Shown: in pieces, positions 9,032 through 18,014 of the stretch | Layout: every line of letters starts with the position of its first letter | Numbering within the stretch: position 1 is the stretch's first letter | Assembly: GCA_964535795.1 (NCBI GenBank) | Contig: CAZHTG010000011.1 | Span: 2,227-66,226 of the forward strand | Reading direction: 5' to 3' | Origin: an uncultured Rikenella sp. | Lineage (GTDB): Bacteria > Bacteroidota > Bacteroidia > Bacteroidales > VadinHA17 | DNA: 64,000 nt | Notes under the pieces: generated by a model | What the model was told of the DNA's origin: nothing | Database searches by the model: none | What the model saw: the letters and a program-made list of their open reading frames with translations, nothing else | Translations under genes and position numbers: made by a program

Positions 9032-10519
9032 TTAGTTATACCCACTGTTCTGTGTGAGGTTTGGATTTAGCTGCATCTGTGCTGACGGGATAGGATAAAC
9101 TTCATGCCTGCCAGTAACAAATCCCTTGGATGCCAGGGCCGTAGCTGCCTGCCCGGTACGGACAAGGTCAGGAAACCTGTCCTCTTCCATTGCCAGTTCA
9201 GCCCGGCGCTCATCCCATATCTGCTGGAGAGTGGCCCCGGCGAGCGGAAGAAGCCCTGCACGTTCCCTGACGAGGTTTACCGCGCCGTCAGCAGTCAGGC
9301 CGCTGGCAGTAATTACGGTGGCACCGTTTACCTTCGCTTCGGCATACATCAGAAGGATATCTGCATAGCGGATAATTCTTACATTATGGTCAAATCCGTA
9401 TCCGTTGTAGTTCCAGTTATTATAGATTGAGGGAGTATATACTTTGCCATTATAAACCGGATTTGTACATATGGTCTTGATACTGTCTCCTTCAGGCGTT
9501 TTGGTCCCCCGGTAAAGAAGCGTGGTCGCCGGGCGAACAACCTCCCCTCTTGATGTGTAGAAGTTTATCAGATTCTGACTCGGTGTGCAGAAACCCCATC
9601 CCTGCATGTTGCCCGGATTGTTTCCTCTCGGGCCCTGAACGTAAGCATACTCCAGGAAAGTCTGGTCTCCCGTGCTCTTGCCCAGTGTAGAGCTTTGTAC
9701 TTCAAAGAGCGATTCCCGGCTGTTTTCTCCGTCAATGCTGAACACCTCACGGAAATCATCGAGAAGACTGAACCGGCCCGATGCAATTATCCTGTCAGTG
9801 AGAGACACCACAGAGTCCCATTCTGCCTGGTACATGTGCACTTTTGCTTTCAGCGCCATGGCAGTATACTTATTTATCCTGCCGTCCCAGTCTTTTGTAT
9901 ACCCGACCGGAAGAATCTCTATCGCCTCAAGAAGGTCATTCTCAATGAATGAATATAAATCTGCTGTTGATGACTGCGGGACCGAAGCAAGCTGCTCGGA
10001 AGTGAGTACCGTATCAACAATCGGGACCCTCCCGAAGAGACGGGTAAGGTTGAAATAGGCATAGGCCCGTATTGTCTTAACCTCACCCTGACACTGAAGG
10101 GCGTATAACTTATCGGAACTGTTAATCAGCGCCTCTTCAAAAAGCGGCATCTGATGAATTGAATAATTGGCCCCGCTGACTATGTCATAATAGGAGATCC
10201 AAAGATCATTTATTAACCCGTTGTCAGACTGGTAGACAAGGTTATCGATCTCGAGCATCGTCGGGTTATCTTCCGGGCTGCTCCCTTTGTCTGCATTGTC
10301 TGATGCTATTTCAAAAGCACCTATGTATGGGAATACATGAGCTCCGTAGTTCCTGAGTTTGGCATAAGAGGCGCTTACCGAAAGAAATACATTTTCTGAC
10401 TTCGAGTAATCGATTCCTGTGGTAGGCAAGGTACCCTCCGGTCTTATCTCGAGAAAATCCTCGCAACTGACAAAGGTCAGTATCAGCGTCATTATGAATA
10501 TTGTATATATACTTTTCAT
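9032..10519 (-). CDS. SusD/RagB-family nutrient-binding outer-membrane lipoprotein.
   Basis: Lipoprotein signal TFVSCEDFLE. The length (495 aa), the conserved C-terminal region (ERRAELAMEEDRFPDLVR) and the position directly after susC-like all fit. Confidence 0.9.
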   Translation of the reverse strand: MKSIYTIFIMTLILTFVSCEDFLEIRPEGTLPTTGIDYSKSENVFLSVSASYAKLRNYGAHVFPYIGAFEIASDNADKGSSPEDNPTMLEIDNLVYQSDNGLINDLWISYYDIVSGANYSIHQMPLFEEALINSSDKLYALQCQGEVKTIRAYAYFNLTRLFGRVPIVDTVLTSEQLASVPQSSTADLYSFIENDLLEAIEILPVGYTKDWDGRINKYTAMALKAKVHMYQAEWDSVVSLTDRIIASGRFSLLDDFREVFSIDGENSRESLFEVQSSTLGKSTGDQTFLEYAYVQGPRGNNPGNMQGWGFCTPSQNLINFYTSRGEVVRPATTLLYRGTKTPEGDSIKTICTNPVYNGKVYTPSIYNNWNYNGYGFDHNVRIIRYADILLMYAEAKVNGATVITASGLTADGAVNLVRERAGLLPLAGATLQQIWDERRAELAMEEDRFPDLVRTGQAATALASKGFVTGRHEVYPIPSAQMQLNPNLTQNSGYN

Positions 10520-10536
10520 CGCTATACCATTTATAA

Positions 10537-13527
10537 TTAAAAGTTAGCTTTAAGTCCCAATGTATATACTGCCTGTAGCGGATATACAGAATTGTCTATG
10601 CCGGTACTTATGGGAGTGCCTCCTATCTCGGTTGTAAAGCCCTTATAGGTGAAGAAGGTATAGGGTCTCTGGGCTGAAGCATAAATCCTCAATCCGGGAA
10701 TGAACCTGATCTTGTCTGTGGTATATCCTACCGTTATATTCTGTATCCTGCCGAATGAAGCGTCTTCGACAAAAAAGTCATTTGCCTGCTGTGTAAATGA
10801 AAAGCTGTAAGCAAATGCTGAAGGGTATTTATCCGAAGGATTATCAACCGTCCAGTGGTTGTCATAAAAATCCTGGTCATAATTGCCATCCGCAAAGACA
10901 TCCCTGTTCATTCGTTTGGCATTGAGAATCTTATTTCCAATCTGGCCAAGGAGTGATATGTTCAGATCAAAAGCCCTGTATTTGAACCCGAAATCAATAC
11001 CTGTAATAAGCCACGGGATAGCGCTTCCCAGGTAGACTTTATCATCTTCGTTAATGACCTTATCGCCGTTCTGGTCCTTATATTTAAAGAAGCCGGCACC
11101 TTTTATTGCCTGGGATACTTCATCCCTTAGTGCATCGCCTTCGCTCTCATAAACACCTTCGACCTCGTAGCCGTAAAATGACCCGATTGGATGACCGATG
11201 GCAGTGCGGGTGGTATAATTGCCCCTGACATACCCGCTTGGTATGTACTCGCGGCCCTCGAGTTTCGTTACCCTGTTTATGATAGTTGTGGCATTGAATC
11301 CTATCGTCATTTTCAATCCGTTGTCATACTGCTTTGTCCAGTTAAGGCTGAGCTCCACCCCTGCATTTACCACACTTCCGTTATTGCCGAGCAACTCGGC
11401 AACTCCCCCTCCGGTAGCAATAGGGGCGAAAAAAACAACATTGTCTGTAGTACGGTGATATAAGTCCAGGTCACCCGAGAGTTTGTTGCCGGCGGTTGTG
11501 AAATCAACTCCAAGGTCGAACTCATTAACAACCTCCCAGCGTAAATAATTCTGCACTACGGTCTGTGCTCCCATTCCATCAACCAATTCATCACCGAAAA
11601 TGCCTGAAGCACCTGCGCCTGACTGCCCTAGTATTATGGTTGAGTTAGCTGGTACATTGTCATTACCCAGCAGGCCCCAGCTTGCCCTTAGCTTGAGATA
11701 GCTGAACAAAGTACTATTATCCATGAAATCTTCCTGGGTAAGATTCCATCCGAATCCTACGGATGGGAAGAAGCCCCATTTTTTCTGGTACTTGGAACTG
11801 GCATCTGCCCTGAAGGTAACCGTGCCCAGATATTTGTCATTGATGTTAAAGGTGCCTCTGGTAAAGAACGATATTCCATTATATCTCCCCGCACCGTCAT
11901 ATGCATTGCGGTCCCTGAAGGAGCCAAGCACTAGGTATTTCGATTGCTCATCAAGCCCCGGCACATCAATCGCTGATCCCGACAGGGTCTCCCACTTTTC
12001 AACACGCGTGGACTGACCAACCATTAAAGTATAACTTACACTGCCCGACTGGTCCTTATATGTCAGCAGGTTATCAATGATCTGCTTGGAGGAGTTGCCA
12101 AAAGTCTTTGACAGGCTCGATTTCCTGACACCCTGGGATCCGCCAACATTGAATGCTGGAGTATATCCCCTGCTGGTCCAGTTGCTTAAATCCTGGTTGT
12201 ATGAAATTTTGAATGTCAGTTTATTCTTTACAGGATAAAATTCTGCATACCCGTTAAAAACGAGTTTATTGCCTTTTTCGTAATTATCAGAATAATAGGC
12301 CGCTGCAACAGGATTACCATATTGGTTACCAAATCCATAAGTTTGCGGTGAACCGAAAAGCACAGGGTAGGCTGCTGTATTTTCAGGATCGTAAACCGGG
12401 TAGACAGGCGGGTTGACATATGCCCCGAAGAATGCTCCCTCATTGGGATTGAACTTGTCGTACCGAGAAATAATAGTGTTCAGGCCTACCTTCAAATACT
12501 GATTTACATTCTGCTCCAGCCTTCCCCTTATATTGAACCTTTCAAAATTGTTTTTTGTGTCCATAATTCCTTCCTGGAACAGAATGCTTCCGCCGATCGA
12601 ATAAGATGTCTTTTCTGACATCCCTGAGATGTCAATGCTGTGACCTGTCATCGGCGCTGTCCTGACCAGTTCCTGGTACCAGTCTGTCGATGCAGGGTAG
12701 TCAGAAGGATCTTTGGGGATATAGCCTGTTGATCCTGAGTAGGCTTCATTCAGAAGCTCAACATACTGGTCCCTGGTCGCCATCTTCATTATGTTAACCG
12801 GCAACTGCATCCCGAAATAGCCGTCATAACTTATAGTGGGTTCGCCTGTGGTGCCCCTTTTTGTGGTAATAAGTATTACCCCGTTTGCTGCTCTCACCCC
12901 ATAGATAGCCGAGGCTGAGGCATCTTTCAGTACAGTAAGGTCTTCTATGTCACCTGCACCGAGAAAATCAATATTATCTACAAAAACTCCATCAACCACG
13001 TAAAGCGGTCTTGCATAATCACCGATTGATCCCACTCCTCTGATCTTTACCGAGGGGCCGCTTCCCGGCACTCCGCTGCTGATGATCTGTACTCCTGCCA
13101 CCTTGCCCTGCATGGCCTGCATTGCATTTGAAGTCACCTGCCTTGACAGGTCTTCACCCTTTACTGTTACAATCGGCGCAGTCAGGTCCCTGGCACGTTG
13201 GGTCCCATACCCTATGACCACAACCTCATCCATCAGGGTGGTTTCAGTCGCAAGGAGAACATCGATCACTGTCCTGCTGCCGACAACAATCTCCTGCGTA
13301 ACCATTCCAACCATTGAAAAAACAAGTGTATCAGTCGGCATAGCACTCAGTGTGTAAGTGCCGTCAGTGTCAGTCATTGTTCCCCTGAAGGTGTTTTTGA
13401 TAAGAACAGATGCCCCGGGAAGTGGTATGTTCTGATCATCAACGACAGTTCCCCTGATCGACACCTGCGCCTGCAGAGTACCCAGGTAAAAGAGGAACAA
13501 AAACAGGATTGAGAGAATTTCTTTCAT
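10537..13527 (-). CDS. SusC/RagA-family TonB-dependent outer-membrane transporter.
   Basis: The ORF runs to 13611, but the plausible start is Met29 at 13527 (MKEILSILFLFLFYLGTLQAQ). Evidence includes a CarboxypepD_reg-like N-terminus (VSIRGTVVDDQNIPLPGASVLIKNT), a plug region (VVVIGYGTQR), the SusC signature (ILITTKRG) and a C-terminal aromatic residue. Confidence 0.9.
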   Translation of the reverse strand: MKEILSILFLFLFYLGTLQAQVSIRGTVVDDQNIPLPGASVLIKNTFRGTMTDTDGTYTLSAMPTDTLVFSMVGMVTQEIVVGSRTVIDVLLATETTLMDEVVVIGYGTQRARDLTAPIVTVKGEDLSRQVTSNAMQAMQGKVAGVQIISSGVPGSGPSVKIRGVGSIGDYARPLYVVDGVFVDNIDFLGAGDIEDLTVLKDASASAIYGVRAANGVILITTKRGTTGEPTISYDGYFGMQLPVNIMKMATRDQYVELLNEAYSGSTGYIPKDPSDYPASTDWYQELVRTAPMTGHSIDISGMSEKTSYSIGGSILFQEGIMDTKNNFERFNIRGRLEQNVNQYLKVGLNTIISRYDKFNPNEGAFFGAYVNPPVYPVYDPENTAAYPVLFGSPQTYGFGNQYGNPVAAAYYSDNYEKGNKLVFNGYAEFYPVKNKLTFKISYNQDLSNWTSRGYTPAFNVGGSQGVRKSSLSKTFGNSSKQIIDNLLTYKDQSGSVSYTLMVGQSTRVEKWETLSGSAIDVPGLDEQSKYLVLGSFRDRNAYDGAGRYNGISFFTRGTFNINDKYLGTVTFRADASSKYQKKWGFFPSVGFGWNLTQEDFMDNSTLFSYLKLRASWGLLGNDNVPANSTIILGQSGAGASGIFGDELVDGMGAQTVVQNYLRWEVVNEFDLGVDFTTAGNKLSGDLDLYHRTTDNVVFFAPIATGGGVAELLGNNGSVVNAGVELSLNWTKQYDNGLKMTIGFNATTIINRVTKLEGREYIPSGYVRGNYTTRTAIGHPIGSFYGYEVEGVYESEGDALRDEVSQAIKGAGFFKYKDQNGDKVINEDDKVYLGSAIPWLITGIDFGFKYRAFDLNISLLGQIGNKILNAKRMNRDVFADGNYDQDFYDNHWTVDNPSDKYPSAFAYSFSFTQQANDFFVEDASFGRIQNITVGYTTDKIRFIPGLRIYASAQRPYTFFTYKGFTTEIGGTPISTGIDNSVYPLQAVYTLGLKANF

Positions 13528-13814
13528 GATGGGCGGATATTTTAACCAAGTTATGAAGTAATAACCATGCATTCTGCAAACGAAAGCGTCGTTTGATTTT
13601 CTCAAGCACAAAATATTAAACCATCAACACCTATATATTACCACAACAACAAGGACTATATAATTGTTTATCAAAGATTTATAAATTGATTATGGCAATA
13701 GCCCCATTATACGCCGGAGTTACGTCCGGCACACCTTAATACAAAGGTGATTAATACTTGAATTTTAAGGATTACAAAATTCAAAGTAATATTTATATAA
13801 TTCACACATAATAA

Positions 13815-13853
13815 GATATGCACAGACGGTCAGGATACCCGTCTGTGCATATC
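13815..13853 (-). terminator. Perfect 15-bp hairpin downstream of the S9 peptidase gene. It insulates that gene from the PUL promoter region.
   Basis: gatatgcacagacgg (13815-13829) pairs with ccgtctgtgcatatc (13839-13853) across a 9-nt loop. A T-rich stretch follows on the minus strand. A second palindrome, ggtgttgcatgcaacacc, lies at 13868-13885. Confidence 0.55.
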
Positions 13854-13914
13854 TGTTGGCTCGCTGTGGTGTTGCATGCAACACCTCAACGGCATGATCC
13901 TGAATGATCTCTAT

Positions 13915-16851
13915 TTAATATCCGAGCGTGAACTCCTTCTCCGTAGCCGGTATACCTTCCTTCATCCACTGAGGCATCGGCTCTCCCTTTAGGTAATGAT
14001 GGAAGAACTGCGCCATTCGTTTCTGAAAATCGATCCTGTTCGGCAGCTTCTGCGCCCAGTGTGGCTCGCCGTTGTAGTTGAGCAGCCAGGCGGGTTTGCC
14101 GAGTCGACGCATCGCCACGAAGAACTCGATGCCCTGGTACCATGGCACTGCCCCGTCCTGGTCATTGGCCATGATGAGTATCGGTGTCTCAATCTTGTCA
14201 ACCGAGAAGAGAGGCGAGTTCTCCCAGTAGAGATGAGGCGCCTCCCATATTGTAGCCCCGATACGGCTCTGGGTATGCTCATACTGGAACGACCGGTTCA
14301 TACCTGATTCCCAGCGTATGCCTCCGTAGGCACTGTACATGTTGACCACCGGTGCACCTGACTCTATTGCAGCAAACAGGGTGGTGCGGGTAGCCAGGTA
14401 GGCTACCTGGTAACCACCCCAGCTGTGACCCTGTGCACCAATGCGTTTCTCATCAACAAATCCCTCTTCAATGAGTGACATGATGCCCGGCATAACGCAG
14501 TTATAGGCGCTCTGACCGGGGTACCCCTCAATGTAATAGACATCAGGATTGAAAACAAGGTAGCCATTGCTGGTATAATAGTGATAGTCAATGGTTGACC
14601 TGCCCGGCTCAAGGTTCCTGTGCCTGTATAGCTCCGTGGAACTCTTCTCGTAAAAGTTCACAATCATGGGGTACTTCCGTGAAGGATCAAATCCTTCCGG
14701 TTTGTACAGAAGCCCTTCTATCTTCCTGCCGTCAAGGGAGGTCCAGCTGACCAGCTCTGCCGTTCCCCACAGGAAATCCTTCTGCTGCGGGTTGACATCG
14801 GTGACCCTCTTCTCATTCCTGAAAGAGAGGTCTGTTACCAGGTAGTCAGGAAAGAGGCCGAAGTTCTCCTTTGTATAAATCAGAGCATCGCTATTTTTAG
14901 CCTTCACCGGTGTGCCCAGGCCGTAATCACCTCCTGCAAGCCACTGAGGCTTCTCTTTCTTGCGGAGATCGATCGAATAGAAGCCCTGGCCCCTGGTCAC
15001 CTCGTTGGTACCATGCAGATATTGCTTCTCTGAAGGATCAATGTAGTCATTCTCGGAATCGAAGTCCAGAAGCCTGTACCTGATTCTTTCGCTTCGTCCG
15101 TTACCGGTCAGATTCTGGGGAGACCGTGCAGCAGCAGGGTCAAGTGACCAGATATCATACCTGTCGGAGACCAGGAAGGCTTTATCATCCTTCAGCCATC
15201 CTGCCGGAGGGTATGACCCGGGAAGGTCCGGAACATCATTCTCTTCATCCCATACTCTGAGAGTGGCAGGAGTGGTCAGCCGCTTATCACTTCCTGCTTC
15301 AACATCCCATGCGTACCATGAGCTGTCAGCCTCCTGATACCAGAAAAGGTAACTACCTGCTGGCGAAAAACGGGTCCTTGCCCTGAGCTTCTCCTTGATC
15401 TTAACGGCATCACCGGTCATCAGATCGACGATCCATACATCATTTCCGGCGTTTCCCTCCCACATCGATTCGAGCTCATATGGCAGGGAAGAGAAAGCGG
15501 CAGCCTTCGGGCCGTCACCCTTGTCGGGCAACTGAATATCAGGCCTCTCCTCTGTCGCCAGCTGAACGGCCTTTTTCCTGTCAGCATGAAAAACGGCAGC
15601 ATAACTCTTCTTGGTATCTCGCGACTTGCCGACCAGCTGCGCCGTCTTGAGCCTGCCTTCTGCCCAGTGCCATACATCCACTACTGCACGGTCCTCATCC
15701 AGTACCGTCGTGTCCTTGACCTTGTATGCAGGCGAAGTGCCGAAGAAGAGCCTCGGACTGTTCTCGGCGAAGGTAAGCCTGGCATTCTCATTGATGATCC
15801 ATCCTTCGGGGATGCCCTGGGTTCCGCTGGTGGCAGCCACTAATGCCAACCCCTTGCCATCCCAGTAACATAATGAATATGTGTTCCCGGCCTTGTCCTT
15901 CTCATCAAATGAGACGATGAATGCGGCCCTCTCCCCTTTCTTGTCGAGGGAGAGCTGCTTATACTTCGCCTTGCCCGCGTAGAGAGTGCTTGTTGTACTC
16001 TTTTTCAGGTCAATGATGAAGACACCGGGTTCAATCTCCTTGTCGTCACCTGTGGTTGTATAGATAAGTTTCTCCGCCTCTTCGGCAAAGAGATACTCGG
16101 TCACGAACCTTACCGAATCGGTCTTGCCGGTACTGAGGTTACGGTACAACATTGTGTAGCCGTTATCGGCCGACTCGCTCTTTGGTTTCTTCCCGTTCTC
16201 TTTTCCTGACTCCTTGCCAGGCTCCCTGGTTCCTTCCTTGCCTGCCGCCGGGGTGCTTTCCCTGCCGGCTTCCTTTTTAGCCTCAGGCTTGCTTTCGGCA
16301 CCACTCTCCTTTACCGTTTCCTTTACGGCCTCCTTCTTGCTCTCACCGCCATTGCCCGTGGTGTCTTTCGGTGATGCAGACTTCTCCTTGACCGGCTCGG
16401 TCTGCCATGCTATCCAGCCTGCCCATTTTGCCGGCACCTTGAACGATTTCAGCCTGTGGATCGTATCAGTCAGACCGGTGGCAACATTATAAATTCCTAG
16501 CTTGTCAAGGGGCATCTCCTCCTTCTTGGTCTTTTTGAGCTTCAATGCCCTGACTTCATCAACCGGAGGCTTGATGGTGAAGAACAGGAACCGTGAGTCA
16601 GTTGACATAGTTATGCCGGTGGCACAGTTGAATGTTGACTTCAGCGCCCCGTTACCGTCATATAGCGTTACCACCGGATCTCCCAGCGAAGGCTCGGCTT
16701 TGAATGCAATAAGCGAGCCGTCATCGGAGATCACCCTCTCTGATATCCTGTTCCATGTTACAAGGTCGTCAATGGTCAGTGCCTTTTTCCCCTGAGGTGT
16801 AGCCTGCAATGAAAGCAGCATGACCAGGTATAATGCAATACTTCTCTTCAT
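13915..16851 (-). CDS. S9-family (prolyl oligopeptidase/DPP-like) serine peptidase with an N-terminal beta-propeller.
   Basis: Signal peptide present. Catalytic motifs in order are GHSWGGY (Ser), NDQDGAVP (Asp) and GEPHW (His). Length 978 aa. Confidence 0.85.
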   Translation of the reverse strand: MKRSIALYLVMLLSLQATPQGKKALTIDDLVTWNRISERVISDDGSLIAFKAEPSLGDPVVTLYDGNGALKSTFNCATGITMSTDSRFLFFTIKPPVDEVRALKLKKTKKEEMPLDKLGIYNVATGLTDTIHRLKSFKVPAKWAGWIAWQTEPVKEKSASPKDTTGNGGESKKEAVKETVKESGAESKPEAKKEAGRESTPAAGKEGTREPGKESGKENGKKPKSESADNGYTMLYRNLSTGKTDSVRFVTEYLFAEEAEKLIYTTTGDDKEIEPGVFIIDLKKSTTSTLYAGKAKYKQLSLDKKGERAAFIVSFDEKDKAGNTYSLCYWDGKGLALVAATSGTQGIPEGWIINENARLTFAENSPRLFFGTSPAYKVKDTTVLDEDRAVVDVWHWAEGRLKTAQLVGKSRDTKKSYAAVFHADRKKAVQLATEERPDIQLPDKGDGPKAAAFSSLPYELESMWEGNAGNDVWIVDLMTGDAVKIKEKLRARTRFSPAGSYLFWYQEADSSWYAWDVEAGSDKRLTTPATLRVWDEENDVPDLPGSYPPAGWLKDDKAFLVSDRYDIWSLDPAAARSPQNLTGNGRSERIRYRLLDFDSENDYIDPSEKQYLHGTNEVTRGQGFYSIDLRKKEKPQWLAGGDYGLGTPVKAKNSDALIYTKENFGLFPDYLVTDLSFRNEKRVTDVNPQQKDFLWGTAELVSWTSLDGRKIEGLLYKPEGFDPSRKYPMIVNFYEKSSTELYRHRNLEPGRSTIDYHYYTSNGYLVFNPDVYYIEGYPGQSAYNCVMPGIMSLIEEGFVDEKRIGAQGHSWGGYQVAYLATRTTLFAAIESGAPVVNMYSAYGGIRWESGMNRSFQYEHTQSRIGATIWEAPHLYWENSPLFSVDKIETPILIMANDQDGAVPWYQGIEFFVAMRRLGKPAWLLNYNGEPHWAQKLPNRIDFQKRMAQFFHHYLKGEPMPQWMKEGIPATEKEFTLGY

Positions 16852-16884
16852 ATCATCATGATGTTGGTTTCAGAGCTTAAAAAT

Positions 16885-16911
16885 AATACTTAATCGATAC
16901 GGCAAAAGATG
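16885..16911. repeat. Partial copy of the mosaic intergenic repeat family.
   Basis: aatacttaat (16885-16894) is identical to 62814-62823. ggcaaaagatg (16901-16911) is identical to 62781-62791. cgatacg also occurs at 59646-59652. Confidence 0.5.
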
Positions 16912-17001
16912 TTTTGCAGCGGATCATAAGGCTTAAGGCCTTTAAAAATGTTAATTTTCCATAAATTTGAATACCGCTTTTTGAAATCTATACTCTGATC
17001 A

Positions 17002-17976
17002 ATGGAAATAAGAAAACGTACGCAGGCTCTCTTGCTGCTGGCTACAGTCTCTGTTGTCGCCGTGGCCCAGGGTACGGTCGTCACCGGCATAATCCAGGAT
17101 AACCGGGATGTTCCGATCACAGGAGCCACAATATGCCAGGTGAATAGTTCAAACTGCGCAGCAGCTGACATGAACGGTATATTTCATCTCCTCCTGGAAC
17201 AGGGAAAAGAGATGAACCTGCAGATAGAGTGCCTCGGCTTCAATCCCGTGGAGGTCGTTATTGACGAATCAACGGCCTACCCTCTGAAGATCACACTTGA
17301 CCCGGTCTATATACCTGAAGACTTCTTCCCTGATAACAGTTACAATGAGTATGGCAACGGGGTCATCATGCGGTCATCACTGACCATGGATGCCATCTTC
17401 ACTGATTTTGAACAGTTCACCCCTTCACTGGGCTCATACAACACTGACCTGATGAAATCTTTCGCTGTGATAGGGCCGGAGCTGGGAGCTTCATTTTCAA
17501 GGGTTTATTTCGGCCTTGGGATTGGAATGGGCTATAACTACAAGGATGAAACAGATACTCTCACCGTGGATCTTAAAAATACCTCTTACAAGCTTAATTT
17601 CGGCTATGACCTGGTGAGCTCCGGCAGAATACGGCTTACTCCCCTGCTCTCGGTGCGATGGCTTAGATACAGGTTGCTGAACTACCCTGGTGACCGTAAA
17701 ATAACCCTCACCAGGTATCTTGAGGAGAGGGATTTCGAACTGAGGTTTAATCAGACTGTTGCAGTGGCAGGACTGAACATGGAATACATCATGTATTCAG
17801 GTGTACGCGGCAGCAGCGACTACTGGTCATTAGGGGTGGCAGGAGGATATGCGATGAAGCTGAACCGGACTCCCTGGGTCTATTCCAGAGGTAACCGGGT
17901 GATGACGGATAACATGATCGGCCTGAGCCCCCTGACCTTCAGTATAGCCATTTCATATTACAGCATTGTCAGATAA
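17002..17976 (+). CDS. Hypothetical outer-membrane protein: CarboxypepD_reg-like N-terminal domain plus a predicted beta-barrel.
   Basis: Signal peptide, then VVTGIIQDNRDVPITGATICQV...DMNGIFHL. The C-terminal half has alternating hydrophobic beta-strand patterning. Confidence 0.5.
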   Translation: MEIRKRTQALLLLATVSVVAVAQGTVVTGIIQDNRDVPITGATICQVNSSNCAAADMNGIFHLLLEQGKEMNLQIECLGFNPVEVVIDESTAYPLKITLDPVYIPEDFFPDNSYNEYGNGVIMRSSLTMDAIFTDFEQFTPSLGSYNTDLMKSFAVIGPELGASFSRVYFGLGIGMGYNYKDETDTLTVDLKNTSYKLNFGYDLVSSGRIRLTPLLSVRWLRYRLLNYPGDRKITLTRYLEERDFELRFNQTVAVAGLNMEYIMYSGVRGSSDYWSLGVAGGYAMKLNRTPWVYSRGNRVMTDNMIGLSPLTFSIAISYYSIVR

Positions 17977-18014
17977 CTGGCACCGATTAACGGTAATTAT
18001 AACAATATCATACT

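Noticed and set aside
13528-13611. N-terminal ORF extensions suggested by the track for susC-like (here), the 1076-aa ORF (4971-5009), murF-alr (40258-40362), tgt (51807-51914), lptF/G (50680-50718), ddl (61704-61778), the OMP (34567-34608) and the repeat protein (40887-40928).
   Set aside because: Each extension precedes a clean signal peptide or conserved N-terminus, overlaps the neighbouring gene or a promoter box, or depends on a TTG start. Internal ATG starts fit better.
13612-13914. Searched the 300-bp region upstream of susC-like for a TAnnTTTG box, a small regulator ORF or a tRNA.
   Set aside because: No exact TAnnTTTG box lies on the minus strand, and no ORF or cloverleaf-like sequence is present. 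I found only two terminator hairpins for the upstream gene, a short gccgga/tccggc hairpin (13722-13739), and one isolated ggcaatag word (13695-13702). The evidence is insufficient to call a promoter or ncRNA.
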